The notes beneath the pieces are model-generated. The model searched no databases. It was given only the letters and a program-made list of their open reading frames with translations, and was not told where the DNA came from. Shown here piece by piece: positions 20,876 to 33,693 of a stretch of 64,000 nt of DNA. Each line of letters opens with the position of its first letter. Position 1 is the first letter of the stretch. Position numbers and translations under genes: made by a program. Origin of the DNA: an uncultured Gemmatimonadales bacterium (GTDB lineage Bacteria > Gemmatimonadota > Gemmatimonadetes > Gemmatimonadales > GWC2-71-9); the NCBI GenBank assembly GCA_963844035.1, contig CAWJMT010000005.1, positions 1-64,000 on the forward strand, given 5' to 3'.

Positions 20876-22231
20876 TTAGAACGAGTACGCGACATAGATC
20901 ATGCCATAGGTGAACGTGTCGCTCCGGCCGTAGGCCTCGAGCGCGGCTTCCTTGGGGTCGGCGATCGCCGCCACGAAGCTCACGATGAAGTTGTTGTTCA
21001 CCTTCCAGTCGCAATACGCGTCCAGCTCGGACGCGACGCTCTTCGAGGTGACGCCCGCGGGCCCGAAGGCGGCGGGCTGATCGAGACCGAAAGAATAGGC
21101 GATCAGACCGCCGCTCACGGCGTCGCTCGGCGTCACGTGCAGGCGTACCTGGTGTGAGATGTTGTTGTTGTTGGAGAGGAAATACTCCCCAGCGATCTCA
21201 CCTTGCCACCAGGCCCCCCAGTCATAGAAGCCCGTGTAGAGGCCGTCGAACCCTTCGTCGCCGGTCAAGTTGGGATCATCGCCCTGGAAGAAGGCATAGC
21301 GGTAGGAGAGCCTCGGCTTCCACTTCATCTTGGAAAGCTCGTAGCTGGCCTGGGCATTCCAGGCGGTGGACGAGCCATTGCCGCCGCCCTTGTCCTCGCG
21401 CACGTATTCGAGCTCGAACGCCAGGCCCGGCAACCGGCGCAGTGGGGCGGTGAACGCCCGCACGTTGTACACGTTCATTCCATCGCGGGCGGGATCGTCG
21501 GAGATGCCTTGCAAGTACGTCGCGCCCAGGGTCGTGGCCTTGCCTATCGTGCGCTCGTAGTTCGCCCCCAGCAACCTGGTGCCGGTCTCGGCTTCAGGCG
21601 TGTCGTCCCGGTCCAGGTAGAACGCCTCGAGCAAGTTGTTCTTGGCGTGGAACCGGCCCACGGTGGCGAGCTCCCATGCCTTGCGCGCGTTACTCCAGAA
21701 GCCGCCGCGGCTGCCCCCTTCGCCTGCGCCGTCCCACAGGATCATGCCGTGACCGATCCGGTACTGGGCGCGGCCGATGGTGAACTCCAGCGCGTCTTCA
21801 CCAATTTTCATCATCTTGCCTGAGCGCCAGCTGACGTACATGTCTTCGACTTTGAAGGACGATGCCTCCTCGCCGACGAGCGGCGGCGGTGCGGCGAGCG
21901 TCCGCTCGCCCACGGCGCTGAACTTCCAGGACAAGGCTTGTCCTTTCCCGAGGTCGAACGTTCCGGTGATCGCAGGCTTGACGAAGCTCTCCATCCAGTT
22001 GTCGCTGAGATCGCCCGAGGGATCCGGCCGGACATTCGCGTAGAGGGAGTTCGCGAAACCGAATGCGCCGAATCCGGCGTCGAAGTTGAAGGTCCACTGG
22101 ATGCCCTTGGGTAGGCCCGTGCTGCGTTCGTCCTTGGCCTGGGCACTCGCCTGCGCCCCGATCGTCAGCAGCAGCGTCGACGGCGAGGAGGGTGATACGG
22201 ATGAGGTCTCTGTCACGAAGGTCGTGTCCAT
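20876..22231 (-). CDS. Outer-membrane beta-barrel, alginate-export (AlgE)-like; start uncertain
   Basis: Beta-strand pattern, PRLSYRYAFFQGDD, C-terminal YVAYSF. Confidence 0.7.
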   Translation of the reverse strand: MDTTFVTETSSVSPSSPSTLLLTIGAQASAQAKDERSTGLPKGIQWTFNFDAGFGAFGFANSLYANVRPDPSGDLSDNWMESFVKPAITGTFDLGKGQALSWKFSAVGERTLAAPPPLVGEEASSFKVEDMYVSWRSGKMMKIGEDALEFTIGRAQYRIGHGMILWDGAGEGGSRGGFWSNARKAWELATVGRFHAKNNLLEAFYLDRDDTPEAETGTRLLGANYERTIGKATTLGATYLQGISDDPARDGMNVYNVRAFTAPLRRLPGLAFELEYVREDKGGGNGSSTAWNAQASYELSKMKWKPRLSYRYAFFQGDDPNLTGDEGFDGLYTGFYDWGAWWQGEIAGEYFLSNNNNISHQVRLHVTPSDAVSGGLIAYSFGLDQPAAFGPAGVTSKSVASELDAYCDWKVNNNFIVSFVAAIADPKEAALEAYGRSDTFTYGMIYVAYSF

Positions 22232-22468
22232 AGCGCCCCAGCTCCGAGAGGTGGACCAAGGCGCCGATCGGAGGGATCGGCGGCCACGCAGCAAAGCTCT
22301 CTCCGGGCTTGATTGCGGGAATTGCACCTTCGGGCAACCCGTTCCACCCGTTCCACTCCCGGGGGTTGCGGCGTATTGGACCTTGGTTCTATTACCTTCC
22401 GCTCGCGGTGGGGAGCAGATTCCTTAAGCCGGATCCACCCTCGGTCCCGAAATGGGAGCCCTACTCGC

Positions 22469-23632
22469 ATGGTCCTGATGTTTCGAGCAGTTGCCGTGGG
22501 CCTCAGCGCGACCGTGCTCGCCGCGGCGTGCGGCGGTGACAAAGGCAAGGCGGCGCCCAGCGTCGTCGATGTCGTGGTCGCGCCGGTACAGGTCCGTGAC
22601 GTGCCGATCATCCAGGAGTGGGCGGCCCAGACATTGGGCGCCACCGACGTGGAGATCCGCGCCCGCGTGCGTGGGTTCCTCACGGAGCGGGCGTATCAGG
22701 AAGGCACGCTGGTGAAGCGCGGCGCCCTCCTCTTCAAAATCGATCCGCAGGAGTACCAGGCCGCGGTCTCCCAGGCGCGCGCCGCGCTCGCCGAGGCGGA
22801 GGCGGGGCTCTCCAAGGCCAACACCGACGTCGGCCGGCTGCGGCCGCTCGTCGAGCGCAACGCCGTCAGCCGGCAGGACCTCGATCATGCCGTCGCGTCG
22901 CAGCAGGCTGCCGAGGGCCAGGTGAACGCCGCGCGCGCCAACCTGCGCACCGCCGAGCTCAACCTCAGCTACACTCGCGTCACGAGTCCCATTATGGGTC
23001 TGGCCGGTGTGGCGCAGGCGCAGGTCGGCGCGCTCGTCGGCAGCCCCGACCCGACGTTGCTGACCGTCGTGTCGCAGGTGGACACGATCAAGGTCAAGTT
23101 CCGGATCTCCGAGCAGGAGTACCTCATCCTGGCGCGGGCGATCGGCGACACGGGCCGGAAAACGAACCGCGGCGAGGGAAAGCTCGAGCTGGTGCTGTCG
23201 GACGGCTCGGTCTTTGACCACAAGGGCCGGGTGGTCACCGTCGATCGCAACATCGACCCGGCCACCGGGACGCTCGGCATCGAAGCGCTGTTCCCCAATC
23301 CCACGGGGCTGTTGCGCCCCGGTCAGTTCGGCCGGGTGCGGGCGCCGGTCACGACGCGGATGGGCGCCACGATCGTGCCGCAGCGCGCCGTGCGCGAGAT
23401 GCAGGGCACGTTCAGCATCGGCGTCCTGAAGCCCGACAGCACGGTCGAGATCCGGCCGGTCAAGGCCGGGGCACGGGTCGGGAGCGACTGGGTGATCGAC
23501 ACGGGACTCGTGGCGGGCGACATGATCGTGATCGAGGGAATGCAGAAGGTGCGGCCCGGCGCCAAGGTGCAGGTGAACCGCGCCGCCGCCCGGCGCCGCG
23601 CGGCGACGTCCGACACCTCAAAAGCGCACTAA
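22469..23632 (+). CDS. RND efflux periplasmic adaptor lipoprotein
   Basis: Lipobox LAAAC, VEIRARV.G, EG..VK.G.LLF.ID, NP.GLLRPGQF. Confidence 0.93.
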   Translation: MVLMFRAVAVGLSATVLAAACGGDKGKAAPSVVDVVVAPVQVRDVPIIQEWAAQTLGATDVEIRARVRGFLTERAYQEGTLVKRGALLFKIDPQEYQAAVSQARAALAEAEAGLSKANTDVGRLRPLVERNAVSRQDLDHAVASQQAAEGQVNAARANLRTAELNLSYTRVTSPIMGLAGVAQAQVGALVGSPDPTLLTVVSQVDTIKVKFRISEQEYLILARAIGDTGRKTNRGEGKLELVLSDGSVFDHKGRVVTVDRNIDPATGTLGIEALFPNPTGLLRPGQFGRVRAPVTTRMGATIVPQRAVREMQGTFSIGVLKPDSTVEIRPVKAGARVGSDWVIDTGLVAGDMIVIEGMQKVRPGAKVQVNRAAARRRAATSDTSKAH

Positions 23633-23635
23633 TCC

Positions 23636-26600
23636 GTGGCTGATTTCTTCATCCGACGACCGACGGTCGCGATCGTCATCTCGATCGTGATCGTGCTGCT
23701 CGGCCTGGCCACGTTACAAAAGCTCCCCATCGAGCAGTACCCCAGCCTCGCGCCCCCGACCATCCGCGCGGAGACGACCTACCCCGGCGCCTCGGCCGAG
23801 GTGGTGGAGCAGTCGGTGCGCGACGCCGATCGAGCAGCAGGTGAACGGCGTCGACAACATGATCTACATGAAGTCGCTCAACACGAGCGACGGCCGCATG
23901 CTGCTCGACGTCTCGTTCCAGGTCGAGATGGACCGCGACATGGCCAACGTGCTGACCCAGAACCGGGTCTCGCAGGCCCAGTCGCGGCTGCCGCAGGAGG
24001 TGACCCAGCAGGGCGTGACGGTCAAGAAGATCAACCCGAGCATCCTGAACGTCATCTCGCTCTACTCCCCCAACGGGACCTACGACGCGCAGTTCCTGAA
24101 CAACTACGCGATGATCAACGTCCGGGACGCGATCCTCCGCGTTCAGGGCGTGGCGCAGGTCGATCTGTACGGTGGGGCGGAGTACGCCATGCGCATCTGG
24201 CTCCGGCCCGACCGGCTGGCGACGCTCGGGATCACGGCGGCGGACGTGATCTCGGCGATCAAGGAGCAGAACCTCCAGGCGCCGGCGGGGAAGGTGGGCG
24301 ACGAGCCGGCCCCGCCCGGTCAGGAATTCACCTATACGGTCCGCGCGCCGGGCCGGTCTGGTCACGCCCGGAGGAATTCGACAACATCATCGTGCGTCAG
24401 ACGCCGAGCGGCGGGATCACGCGGATCAAAGACGTCGGGCGCACCGATCTGGGAAGCGAGAACTACCGCTCGTTCGGAAGACTCGACGGAAAGCCTGCCG
24501 GCGTTCTGGCGGTGTACCTGCTCCCCGGGGCCAATCAGATCAAGTCCGCCGAGGGCATCTACCACACGCTGGACGAGCTGAAGACGTTCTTCCCGGCGGA
24601 CATGGACTACAAGATCACCTACGACACCACGCCCGCGGTCGAGGCCTCGATCGAGTCGATCCTCCATACCCTGATCGAGGCGTTCATCCTGGTGACCCTG
24701 GTGGTGTTCATCTTCCTCCAGAGCCTGCGCGCCACGCTGATCCCGCTGCTGACGGTGCCGGTGTCGTTGATCGGCACGTTCATCTTCTTCCCGCTGCTCG
24801 GCTTCTCGCTCAACACGCTCACCATGTTCGGGCTGGTGCTCGCCATTGGGATCGTGGTGGACGATGCGATCGTCGTGGTCGAAGCCGTCATCCACCACAT
24901 CCAGCACGGGAAGTCCCCACGACGCGACGGTCCAGGCCATGAAAGAGGTGTCCGGGCCGGTGGTCGCCATCGCGCTGATCCTGTCGGCGGTGTTCGTGCC
25001 GGTGGCCCTGCTGGGCGGACTCACCGGGCGCATCTACCAGCAGTTCGCGCTCACGATCGCCATTTCGGTCTTGCTCTCCGCGTTCAGTGCGCTGTCGCTC
25101 TCGCCGGCGCTCGCGGCCATGATCCTCAAGGCGGAGAGCGGGCCGCCGAAGGGGCCGCTCGGAGCGTTCTTCCGCTGGTTCAACAAGCTGTTCGACCGCA
25201 CCACGACCGGGTACGTGAATTGGACGCGGCTGTTCGTGCGCCGCACCGTGCTTGCCTTGCTCGTGGTGGCTGGGTCAGGCGTGCGGGCGGGAGTGTTCGC
25301 GAAGGTGCTGCCCGTCGGTTTCGTGCCGGACGAGGATCAGGGCATCTTCATGATCAACGTCCAGCTGCCGCTGGGCTCGTCGTTGCAGCGCACCGACAAG
25401 GTGCTCCGGCAGATCGAAGAAATCCTGGCGAAGACCGAGGGGGTGGATGCCTGCAATGCCATCGGCGGGCTGGGCATGCTCACCAACAGCTTCAGCCCGG
25501 AGTTCGGCTCATTCTTCTGCCGGCTGAAGCCGTGGGATGAACGGAAGGGCGCTGCGCTGCACGTGAAGGGCATTCAGCGCACCGTGGGCGCGGCACTGGC
25601 GCGAGCTGCCGACCGCGGTTGCGTTCCCCTTCATGCCGCCCACGATCTCCGGGTTCGGTGCCGCGGGCGGCTTCAACTTCCTGTTGCAGGACCGCAGCGG
25701 CACGCTCACCGTGGAAGATCTGGGCCGGCAGGCACAGGCCTTCCTGGCCGACGCGCGCCAGCGGCCCGAGCTGGCGAACCTGTTCACGTCGTTCAATCCC
25801 ACGACGCCGCAGACCTCGGTGATGCTCGATCGCGAAAAGGCGCGCCAGCTCGGTGTGCCGATCAACGACGTGTTCCAGGGGCTGTCGTCCTTCATGGGGG
25901 GGTCGTACGTCAACGATTTCAACCGGTTCGGCCGTCTGTACAGAGTGTACGTCCAGGCGGAGCCGGCGTTCCGGGCGAAGCCCGAAAACATCGGCCAGCT
26001 CTACGTGCGCAGCAAGACCACGAACGACATGATCCCGCTGTCCACGATGCTCCACGTCACGCCGTCATCAGGGACCGAGATTACGACTCGATTCAACCTG
26101 TTCCGCTCGGTGGAGATCACCGGCGTGCCGGCGGCGGGCTACAGCTCCCAGCAGGCCATGGTGGCACTCGAAGCCGCTGCGCACGCAGCGCTGCCGCCCG
26201 AGATGGGCTTCGCCTATTCCGGGATGTCGTACCAGGAAAAGGTGGCGCCGCCCGCCGCGCCCACCTTCGTCCTCGCCATCGTGTTCGTGTTCCTGTTGCT
26301 CGCGGCCCAGTACGAGAGTTGGCGGTTGCCCTGGGCTGTGCTCCTGGAGACTCCGCTCGTCGCCCTGGGGGCGTTCTTCGGCGCCTGGGCGCTGCGGTTA
26401 CGACAACAACGTCTACGTGCAGGTCGGCCTGATCATGCTGATCGGGCTGGCGGCGAAGAACGCGATCCTGATCGTCGAGTTCGCGAAGGCGAAACACGAG
26501 GAGGGGAAGAGTGTCGAGGACGCCGCCCTCGAAGCGGCGAAGGTGCGGTTCCGCCCCATTCTCATGACCGCGTTCGCGTTCATCCTCGGGTGCGTTCCGC

Positions 26601-26803
26601 TGATGCGGGCAAGCGGATCCGGCGCCGCGTCCCAGAACGTGATGGGCACGGCGGTCGTGTTCGGCATGATCGTCGCGACCGTCGTGGGCATCTTTATCAT
26701 CCCCGGCCTGTTCGCGTGGACCCAGAGCTGGAAATTCGGTAAGGCGAAGGCGAAGCAGCCAGCGGCGCCGGCCGTCCCCGCGAAGGCGGCGGCGGGGCAC
26801 TGA
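23636..26803 (+). CDS. RND efflux permease (AcrB family); several frameshifts
   Basis: [46 protein letters not shown] across consecutive ORFs. Confidence 0.93.
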
Positions 26804-28229
26804 TGGCGATCTGGCGTCGCGTCGGGCCGGCCGTGTCGCGGCAGTCGCTGCGGCCTGCGCCATGGGCCCGAACCACTCGGTGCCACCCACCGCGGTGCCC
26901 GAGCACTGGCGGGACACGACCATCTCGCTGCAGGACTCCTCCTACGCCAACCTCACCTGGTGGCAGGTGCTGGGCGACTCCACCCTTCAGGAGCTGGTTC
27001 GCGTCGCGCTGCGCGAGAACCGCGACCTGCGCGTCGCGTTGGCGCGGGTCAATGAGGCGCGCGCCCAGCTCGGCATCCGGCGGCTCGAGTTGTTGCCGCA
27101 GATCGACGCCAGCGGGACGGGTGGCAAGGTCTCGGTGCAGGACGATCTGCTGGGCCTGCGTCAGGGCACCTACCAATTCTGGTCGGTCGCGGGCAGCGTC
27201 TCGTGGGAGATCGACCTGTTTGGCCGCCTGCGGCGGCTCAACGAATCCGCCAAGGCGAGCCTGCTCGCCAGCGAGTACGGCCGCCGCGGGGTCATCGTCA
27301 CCGTGGTGGGCGACGTGGCCCGCACCTACCTCGAGCTGCGCGATCTGGACCAGCAGACCGCCATCGCCTTGTCGACCGTCGAGACCCGGCGGAAGTCGCT
27401 GGAGCTCGCGCGCGCCCGCTTCGAGGGCGGCCTTGCCTCGGAGCTCGACCTGCGGCAGGGCGAGGCGGAGCTGGCGCGGACCGAGGGCAGTGTGGCGAGC
27501 ATTCGCATGCAGGCGAGTCAGAAGGAGCAAGAGCTGAACATGCTGCTCGGGCGCATGCCCGGGACGGTGCCGCGCGGCGCGACGCTCACGCAACAGACCT
27601 TCCCGGCCAAGGTCCCGGCGGGCCTGCCGTCCACCCTGCTGCTGCGCCGGCCCGACATCAGCCAGGCCGAGCAGGAGCTGAAGGCGGCCAACGCGATGAT
27701 CGGCGCGGCGATCGCGGCACGGTTCCCCACGATCTCGCTCACCGGCGCGGGCGGAACGAGAAGCGACGCGGTGGACATGCTCTTCAAGGGCGGGACCGGG
27801 TTCTGGCACCTCGCGGGGAACATGCTGCTGCCGATCCTCAACGCCCGCCGCAGCGGGAAGCAGGTCGCGGTGGAGCGCGCGCGGACCGAGGCAGCCGTCG
27901 CGCGTTACGACCAGGTCGTGCTCGAGGCGTTCCGCGAGGTCGAGGATGGGCTGGTCGCGCTTCAGCAGCTCCAGATCCAGACTGATGCGGCCGGGCGTCA
28001 GGTGGCCGCCGCCCGGCGCGCGGTCGAGATCGCGGCCGACCGCTACCAGGGAGGCGTGGACAGCTACACGACCCTGCTCGATGCCCAGCGCGTGCTGGCC
28101 GATGCCGAGCTGGGGGAGTCGGCCTTGCAGCGCCAGGAACGCGTGGCGGTGGTCCAGCTGTATAAGGCATTGGGCGGAGGGTGGGACCCGCAGACCGACG
28201 TGATGACCATGCCCGCGCCGAAAAAGTAG
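26803..28229 (+). CDS. Outer-membrane efflux factor (NodT/OprM-like)
   Basis: SWEIDLFGRLRR, GLPSTLLLRRPDI, LYKALGGGW. Confidence 0.93.
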
Positions 28230-28248
28230 CGACAGGAGGTTGGAACCT

Positions 28249-29018
28249 ATGAGCGCAAGAATCTTGCGACGCGGAGCGCCGTGGCGTTGCTCCTCGTGAC
28301 CGGAGTCGCCGGCGGCGGCGGCCGGGGCTCCGAAAGAACCAGATCCAGGTCACCTGGCTCGGTCACGCGTGCTTCCTCGTCGTCTCCCCCGGTGGCACCC
28401 AGCTCCTCATCGATCCCTGGATCAAGGGCAACCCCGCCACTCCCGGACTCGCTGCAGGACCTGAGTCGCTACAAGCCGAACGCCATCCTGGTCAGCCATT
28501 CCCACTTCGACCATTCCAAGGACGCGAAAGAGATCGCGCTCGCGAGTGGAGCCCCGGTGGTGGGGTCGTTCGACTGGGTCGGAACCCTCGGTCTCCCCGA
28601 CAAACAGGTGCTGGGCGGCAACGTCGGGGGAACGGTGAAGGTCGGGGACGTCGTCATCCACATCGTTCCGGCGATGCATGGCAGCGCGCCCGACGGACGG
28701 CCGATCGGCTTCGTGCTCGAGTTTGCGGGCGGCCGTACGCTGTACCACACCGGTGACACCTGGATCTTCGGGGACATGGCCCTGATCCAGGAGCTGTACC
28801 ACCCGAACATCGTGCTGCTGAACGTCGGCGGGGGACCCTACACCGAGGACCCGCCGACGGCGGCACTCGCGATCAAGAAGTATTTCACGCCGGAGGTGAT
28901 CGTCCCGATGCACTACGGCACGTTCGGCGCGCTCGCGCAGGAAGCCGCGGTGCGGGCTGCGTTCGCCGGCGACACTCGTCTCCGCGTGCTCAAGATCGGC
29001 GAGCGGACGGGCCTGTAG
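28249..29018 (+). CDS. Metallo-beta-lactamase-fold hydrolase (UPF0173-like); frameshifted N-terminus
   Basis: SHSHFDH, YHTGDT, PMHYGTF. Confidence 0.85.
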
Positions 29019-29052
29019 CGCCGGAGGGCAAGGCGCCTCGTTCCTCGAGGTG

Positions 29053-30480
29053 CTACGGCTTCCGGAGGGCCCGGATCCTCGCCTCGAGCCCGAGGGTCCT
29101 GAGCACTTCCGGGGAGGCTCTCCTTAAGGCTCACGATCTCGTGGCACACGCCGCAATCCTGCGTGATCGTCTTTCCGTCGGCGGCCTGTGCTCTGCGTCG
29201 TGGCACCGGAAACAGCCGGGAAACGCCATGTGGCCCAGGTTGTTCGGATACAGGCCCCAGCCGACCCCCAGGTCCGGGAATACGTTCGTCCTGTAGATGC
29301 GCACGAGCGCTGCCGCAGCCGCCGCCACGTCTGCCTCTCGTTCGGACGCTACCGTGGGATAGGATTGGCGGTAATACAAAGCGAGCCCGGCGGGGATGCG
29401 CCGCTCCGCCTCCTCGCTGCTCGCGTATTCGGCCGTCAGCAACTCCACGCCTTTCTTCTTGAGGAACGGAAGCGTCGCGGGCAGCAGGCCCACCGTCATC
29501 GCCTTGTCCACGGCCCGGTCCGGCAGATCGAATGTGTGCGTGGGCCGATTGTGGCAATCCACGCACTGCATCGTGTATTGCGGGAGGTCCTTTTCCACGC
29601 CCGCGCTCGCATCCGCGGAAACGTAGGAGCGCGTCACCCCGCTCTTCGTGTTACGGTACTCCACCCACGGGATATCCTGCCGTTTCTTGTCGGAGGAGGC
29701 GTAGCGGATCTCGATCCCCGCGCCGAAGTGGGAGCCGTGGATCCCGGGCATCAGGCTGCCCCCGACCATCATCATGAGGACCGTCTGGCTGGCCGTGTTG
29801 GCCTCGTCGTCGGCGAATTTCGGAATCACCCTGAGCCGCGCCGAAACGAACTTCTCCGGCCAGTGACACTTCTCGCAGGTCTCCCGGGCGGGCACCAGCC
29901 TGTCGGTCTCGATGGCCGAGGGGATTGGCCGCGGGTGAGAGTTGAAGATCGTCTCGATCAGCTGCCGCGTGCCCGACATCTTGCTCTCGACCCAGCCGCG
30001 CGCCCCCTCCCCGACGTGGCATTCGACGCACTGCACGCGCGCGTGCGGCGAAACCGCGTGGGCGCGGAACTCGGGCGTCATGACGTGGCAGGTCCGGCCG
30101 CAAAACTGGACCGACTCCATGTGCTCGACGGCCCGGTAGGTGGCCTGGGTCCCGACGACGACGTTGATCAGCGTGACGGCGCCGAGGAACCCGACCATCC
30201 GCCTGATCGCGGCCTTTCGGTCTACGATCTCCTCCTCGAGCCGCTGTCTGGCGCGCCTGCGGGCGAGGAAGACGCCCACCGGCACCATCGCCAGGCCCGT
30301 GAACAGGACGATCGGGATGAGCACGAAGACCACGACGCCGATGTACGGGTTGTCGACGTGCCCACGCACCTGCAGCGGGAGTACGAACAACCAGGAGATC
30401 AGAGCCGACCCGACAAGGGCCATCCCCACGAAGCTGAGCCAGTGGCTCGTCATCAGGACCAGCAACGGACGATCGCGCAT
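29053..30480 (-). CDS. Membrane-anchored multiheme cytochrome c (NapC/NirT-like N-terminal part)
   Basis: Three TM segments, then CGRTCH, CVECH, CEKCH, CVDCH, CFRCH and, after a frameshift, CGVCH. Confidence 0.88.
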
Positions 30481-30499
30481 CCTGGCGCCTCCTTCTCCT

Positions 30500-31534
30500 T
30501 CAGGACTGCGTTGAGGCGAGAGCGTCTGCTGGATCGTCGTCCCAGGGCGCCCCGTCCGGCGTCTCCAGCACGAACCCCATGTCCCGGATCATGGCGAAGT
30601 CCGCGCCCGGGGCCTGTCCGGGCGTGGTGAGGTAGTCGCCGACGAATATGGAGTTCGCGGGGTAGAGGCCGAGCGGCTGGAGCGAACGGAGATGCACCTC
30701 GCGCCCGCCCGCGATGCGGATCTCCTGCGACGGCAGCAGGAAACGAAACAGGGTCAGCACGCGCAAGCAGCGACGTGGGTCGAGCTGCTGCGTCGCCTCG
30801 AGCGGCGTCCCCGGAATCGGGATGAGAAAGTTCACCGGCACGCTGCGCACGTCCATCTCGCGCAATTTGAGCGCGAGATCGATGATGTCGTCGTCCGATT
30901 CTCCCATTCCCACGATCCCACCCGAACATGTCTTGATGCTCGCCGCCTGCACGTTGCGCACGGTGGCCACGCGGTCGGCAAACGTGTGCGTCGTGCAGAT
31001 CTCGTCGTAGTGGCGCTCGGAAGTATTGAGGTTGTGGTTCACGGTCTCGACGCCCGCCTCGGCGAGCCGCCGCGTGTGGTCTTCGCTCAGAAGACCCAGA
31101 CAGACGCAGATCTTGAGGCTGTGGCGGGCGCGCACTTCCCGCACCGCGTCGAGCACCTTCTCGAACACCCGCTCGCCCGGCGCCCGTCCCGAGATCACGA
31201 GGCAGAACGTCCCCGCCTTGAGCTCCGCCGCCCGGCCCGCGGCCGCGAGGATCCGCTCCTGCGCGAGCATCGGATACTGCTCGATGTCCGCGGTCGAGAC
31301 CTTCGATTGGGAGCAGTAGTGACAGTCTTCCGGACACAGCCCGCTCTGCGCGTTCAGGAGGAAGTGCAGTCGCACCCGGTTGCCCCAATGGTGGTGGCGC
31401 ACCCGGTACGCGGCCGCGAGCTGGTCGAGCAGCTCCGTGTCGGGAGCGGCGAGCACTGCGCGCGCGGTTGCGCGATCGAGCACACGGCCGGCCAGGCTGG
31501 CATCGGCGAGCGCATTCCAACTGGTCACCGTCAT
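30500..31534 (-). CDS. bioB: Biotin synthase
   Basis: [11 protein letters not shown] radical-SAM motif, NHNLNTS, SVPVNFL, RIAGGRE. Confidence 0.96.
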   Translation of the reverse strand: MTVTSWNALADASLAGRVLDRATARAVLAAPDTELLDQLAAAYRVRHHHWGNRVRLHFLLNAQSGLCPEDCHYCSQSKVSTADIEQYPMLAQERILAAAGRAAELKAGTFCLVISGRAPGERVFEKVLDAVREVRARHSLKICVCLGLLSEDHTRRLAEAGVETVNHNLNTSERHYDEICTTHTFADRVATVRNVQAASIKTCSGGIVGMGESDDDIIDLALKLREMDVRSVPVNFLIPIPGTPLEATQQLDPRRCLRVLTLFRFLLPSQEIRIAGGREVHLRSLQPLGLYPANSIFVGDYLTTPGQAPGADFAMIRDMGFVLETPDGAPWDDDPADALASTQS

Positions 31535-31574
31535 GTGGTCCGTTCCGTGTGGAGGTGTGCGACCGCGTCGTCGA

Positions 31575-32249
31575 TCAGGGCCCCGAGTCCGAGGCGCGCA
31601 GCGTGCGCGCCGAGCGCTTCGCCCGGTGACGTCCGGGAGCCACGGCCATGCCAGTACGGGCGTCCCCGGGAGGAGCTGAGCCAGCGCCGCTGCGTTTGTC
31701 GTTGCCGCCGGGTCCGGCGCTGCGCTGCTCAACGTATTCACGACGACCCCCGCGATCCGGCAGTTGGGCCGCGCGCGCGGCATCCACGGTGAGCAGTACG
31801 TGATTGATCGCGCCGAGCCGGTTCGCCGCGACGATGACGACCCCGAGCCGCCAGCGCGCGAACAGCTCCGCGAATGATACCTGCTGCGTCAGCGGCACGC
31901 GCAGCCCGCCCGCGCCTTCGACGATGATCGCGTCGCGCCCCGCGGCAAGGCGCGCGAAGGCGGCATCCAGGACGCTCAGGTCGACCGGGCGTCCCGCCCG
32001 CGTGGCCGCAACCAGGGGCGCCAGCGGCTCGGCGTAACTGATCGGGCACACGTCACCCGGCGGGTCTTCTCCTCCCGCGGCGGTGCGCAGCCGCGCCGCG
32101 TCGCTGGGAGCGCCCGGGACGACGCCGGTCTCGATCGGCTTCATCGCGGCGACGCGCAGGCCGCGCGCGCGCAGCAGCGCCACGAGGGCGCTCGCGATCA
32201 CCGTCTTGCCCACGCCCGTGTCGGTGCCCGTCACGCCGAGGCGGATCAT
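31575..32249 (-). CDS. bioD: Dethiobiotin synthase; C-terminal frameshift
   Basis: [27 protein letters not shown]. Confidence 0.94.
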   Translation of the reverse strand: MIRLGVTGTDTGVGKTVIASALVALLRARGLRVAAMKPIETGVVPGAPSDAARLRTAAGGEDPPGDVCPISYAEPLAPLVAATRAGRPVDLSVLDAAFARLAAGRDAIIVEGAGGLRVPLTQQVSFAELFARWRLGVVIVAANRLGAINHVLLTVDAARAAQLPDRGGRREYVEQRSAGPGGNDKRSGAGSAPPGDARTGMAVAPGRHRAKRSARTLRASDSGP

Positions 32250-32407
32250 TGCGTGTTTGGCGCGAGTGAACTCGCGGCTCGGCGTCTGCCCGTGAACGGG
32301 CGTGCGGTAGCCGCTTCAGCGGCAGGGCCGAGCCGCGGCTTCAGCCGCGACTCTCGCGACGACTGGCCGACGGTCATTCCGCATCGCAGGCCACCTGTCA
32401 TCGCCAC

Positions 32408-33693
32408 CTAGCCCGCCTCTCCAAGAAAGCCAGCGATCACGTCGTACGCGTGCCCGAGATCCTCCGCGGTCGAGCAGTAGGGCGGCAGCAGATAGACCAC
32501 GTTCCCGAGCGGCCGGAGCAGCACCCCCGCCCGCAGGGCGTACGCCGCCAGCTCGGGACCGACCGGGCTGAGATAGCCCGGCTCGCGCATCGAGATCGAA
32601 TGCCGCCACGGTGCCGAGCCCGCGGCAGCGCCTCACCCGCGGATGGCTGGAGAGACGCGCCAGACCGGTCGCGTGCGCTCGCTCGATGCCGACGCGCGCG
32701 CGGGCCGACGCGTCGTCCAGCAGCGCGAGGCTCGCCAGGGCCGCCGCGCAGGCCAGAGGATTCGCCGTGTAGGAGTGGCCGTGGAACAGGGTGCGCCGCC
32801 GGTCGGGGCTCGAGAACGCGGCGAAAATTTCCTCCCGTGCGACCGTGGCGCCCAGCGGGAGAAATCCGCCGGTCAGGCCCTTCGAGAGGCACATGATGTC
32901 CGGGACGACGTCGGCGCGGGCGCACGCGAAGGTCGGCCCCGTGCGCCCGAAGCCCGTCAGCACCTCGTCGGCGATCAGCAGCACGCCCGCTGCGCGCGTG
33001 CGCTCGCGGATCGCACGCAGTACGCTCTGCGTCCCACACGCGCATCCCTCCCGCTCCGAGCAGCAGCGGCTCCACGATGACGGCGGCCAGCTCCCGGCCC
33101 CGCGCGGCGAGCAGGCGGTCCAGCGCCGCGATCGTCGCGGCCCCGCCCGCCTCGGCGCTGGGGTCGGGAAGCCGGGCGACCTCGAACAGGTGCTCCCGCG
33201 AACGGCTCGGTGAACACGCCGCGCGCGCTCACCGCCATGGCGCCGAACGTGTCGCCGTGATAGGCGTGCTCGAGCGCCGCGATCAGCGGGCGCCGCTCGC
33301 CCGCGCCGGACCAGTACTGCAGCGCCATCTTGAGCGCGACCTCGACCGCGGTGGACCCGTCGTCCGAGAAGAACACTCGCGTCAGGCCGGGCGGAAGCAG
33401 AGCGGTGAGGGCGGCGGCGAGGCGAGCCGCAGGCTCGTGGGTGAAACCCGCGAACAGCACCTGCTCGAGCGTGCCCGCCTGCCGGCCGATCGCCGCGGCG
33501 ATCGCGGGATGCGCGTGGCCGTGCAGCGTCACCCACCACGAGGAGATCGCGTCGAAAATGCGCCGCCCGCTCGTCGTCGTAGAGATACGCGCCCTCGGCG
33601 CGGGTGATCACGCGGGGCGCGGGTGCGTCGAAATGCTGGGTGTAGGGATGCCAGACGTGACGCCGGTCGAGCTCGCTGGACGGGCGTCGTCAT
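32408..33693 (-). CDS. bioA: Adenosylmethionine-8-amino-7-oxononanoate aminotransferase; frameshifted
   Basis: [50 protein letters not shown]. Confidence 0.93.
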
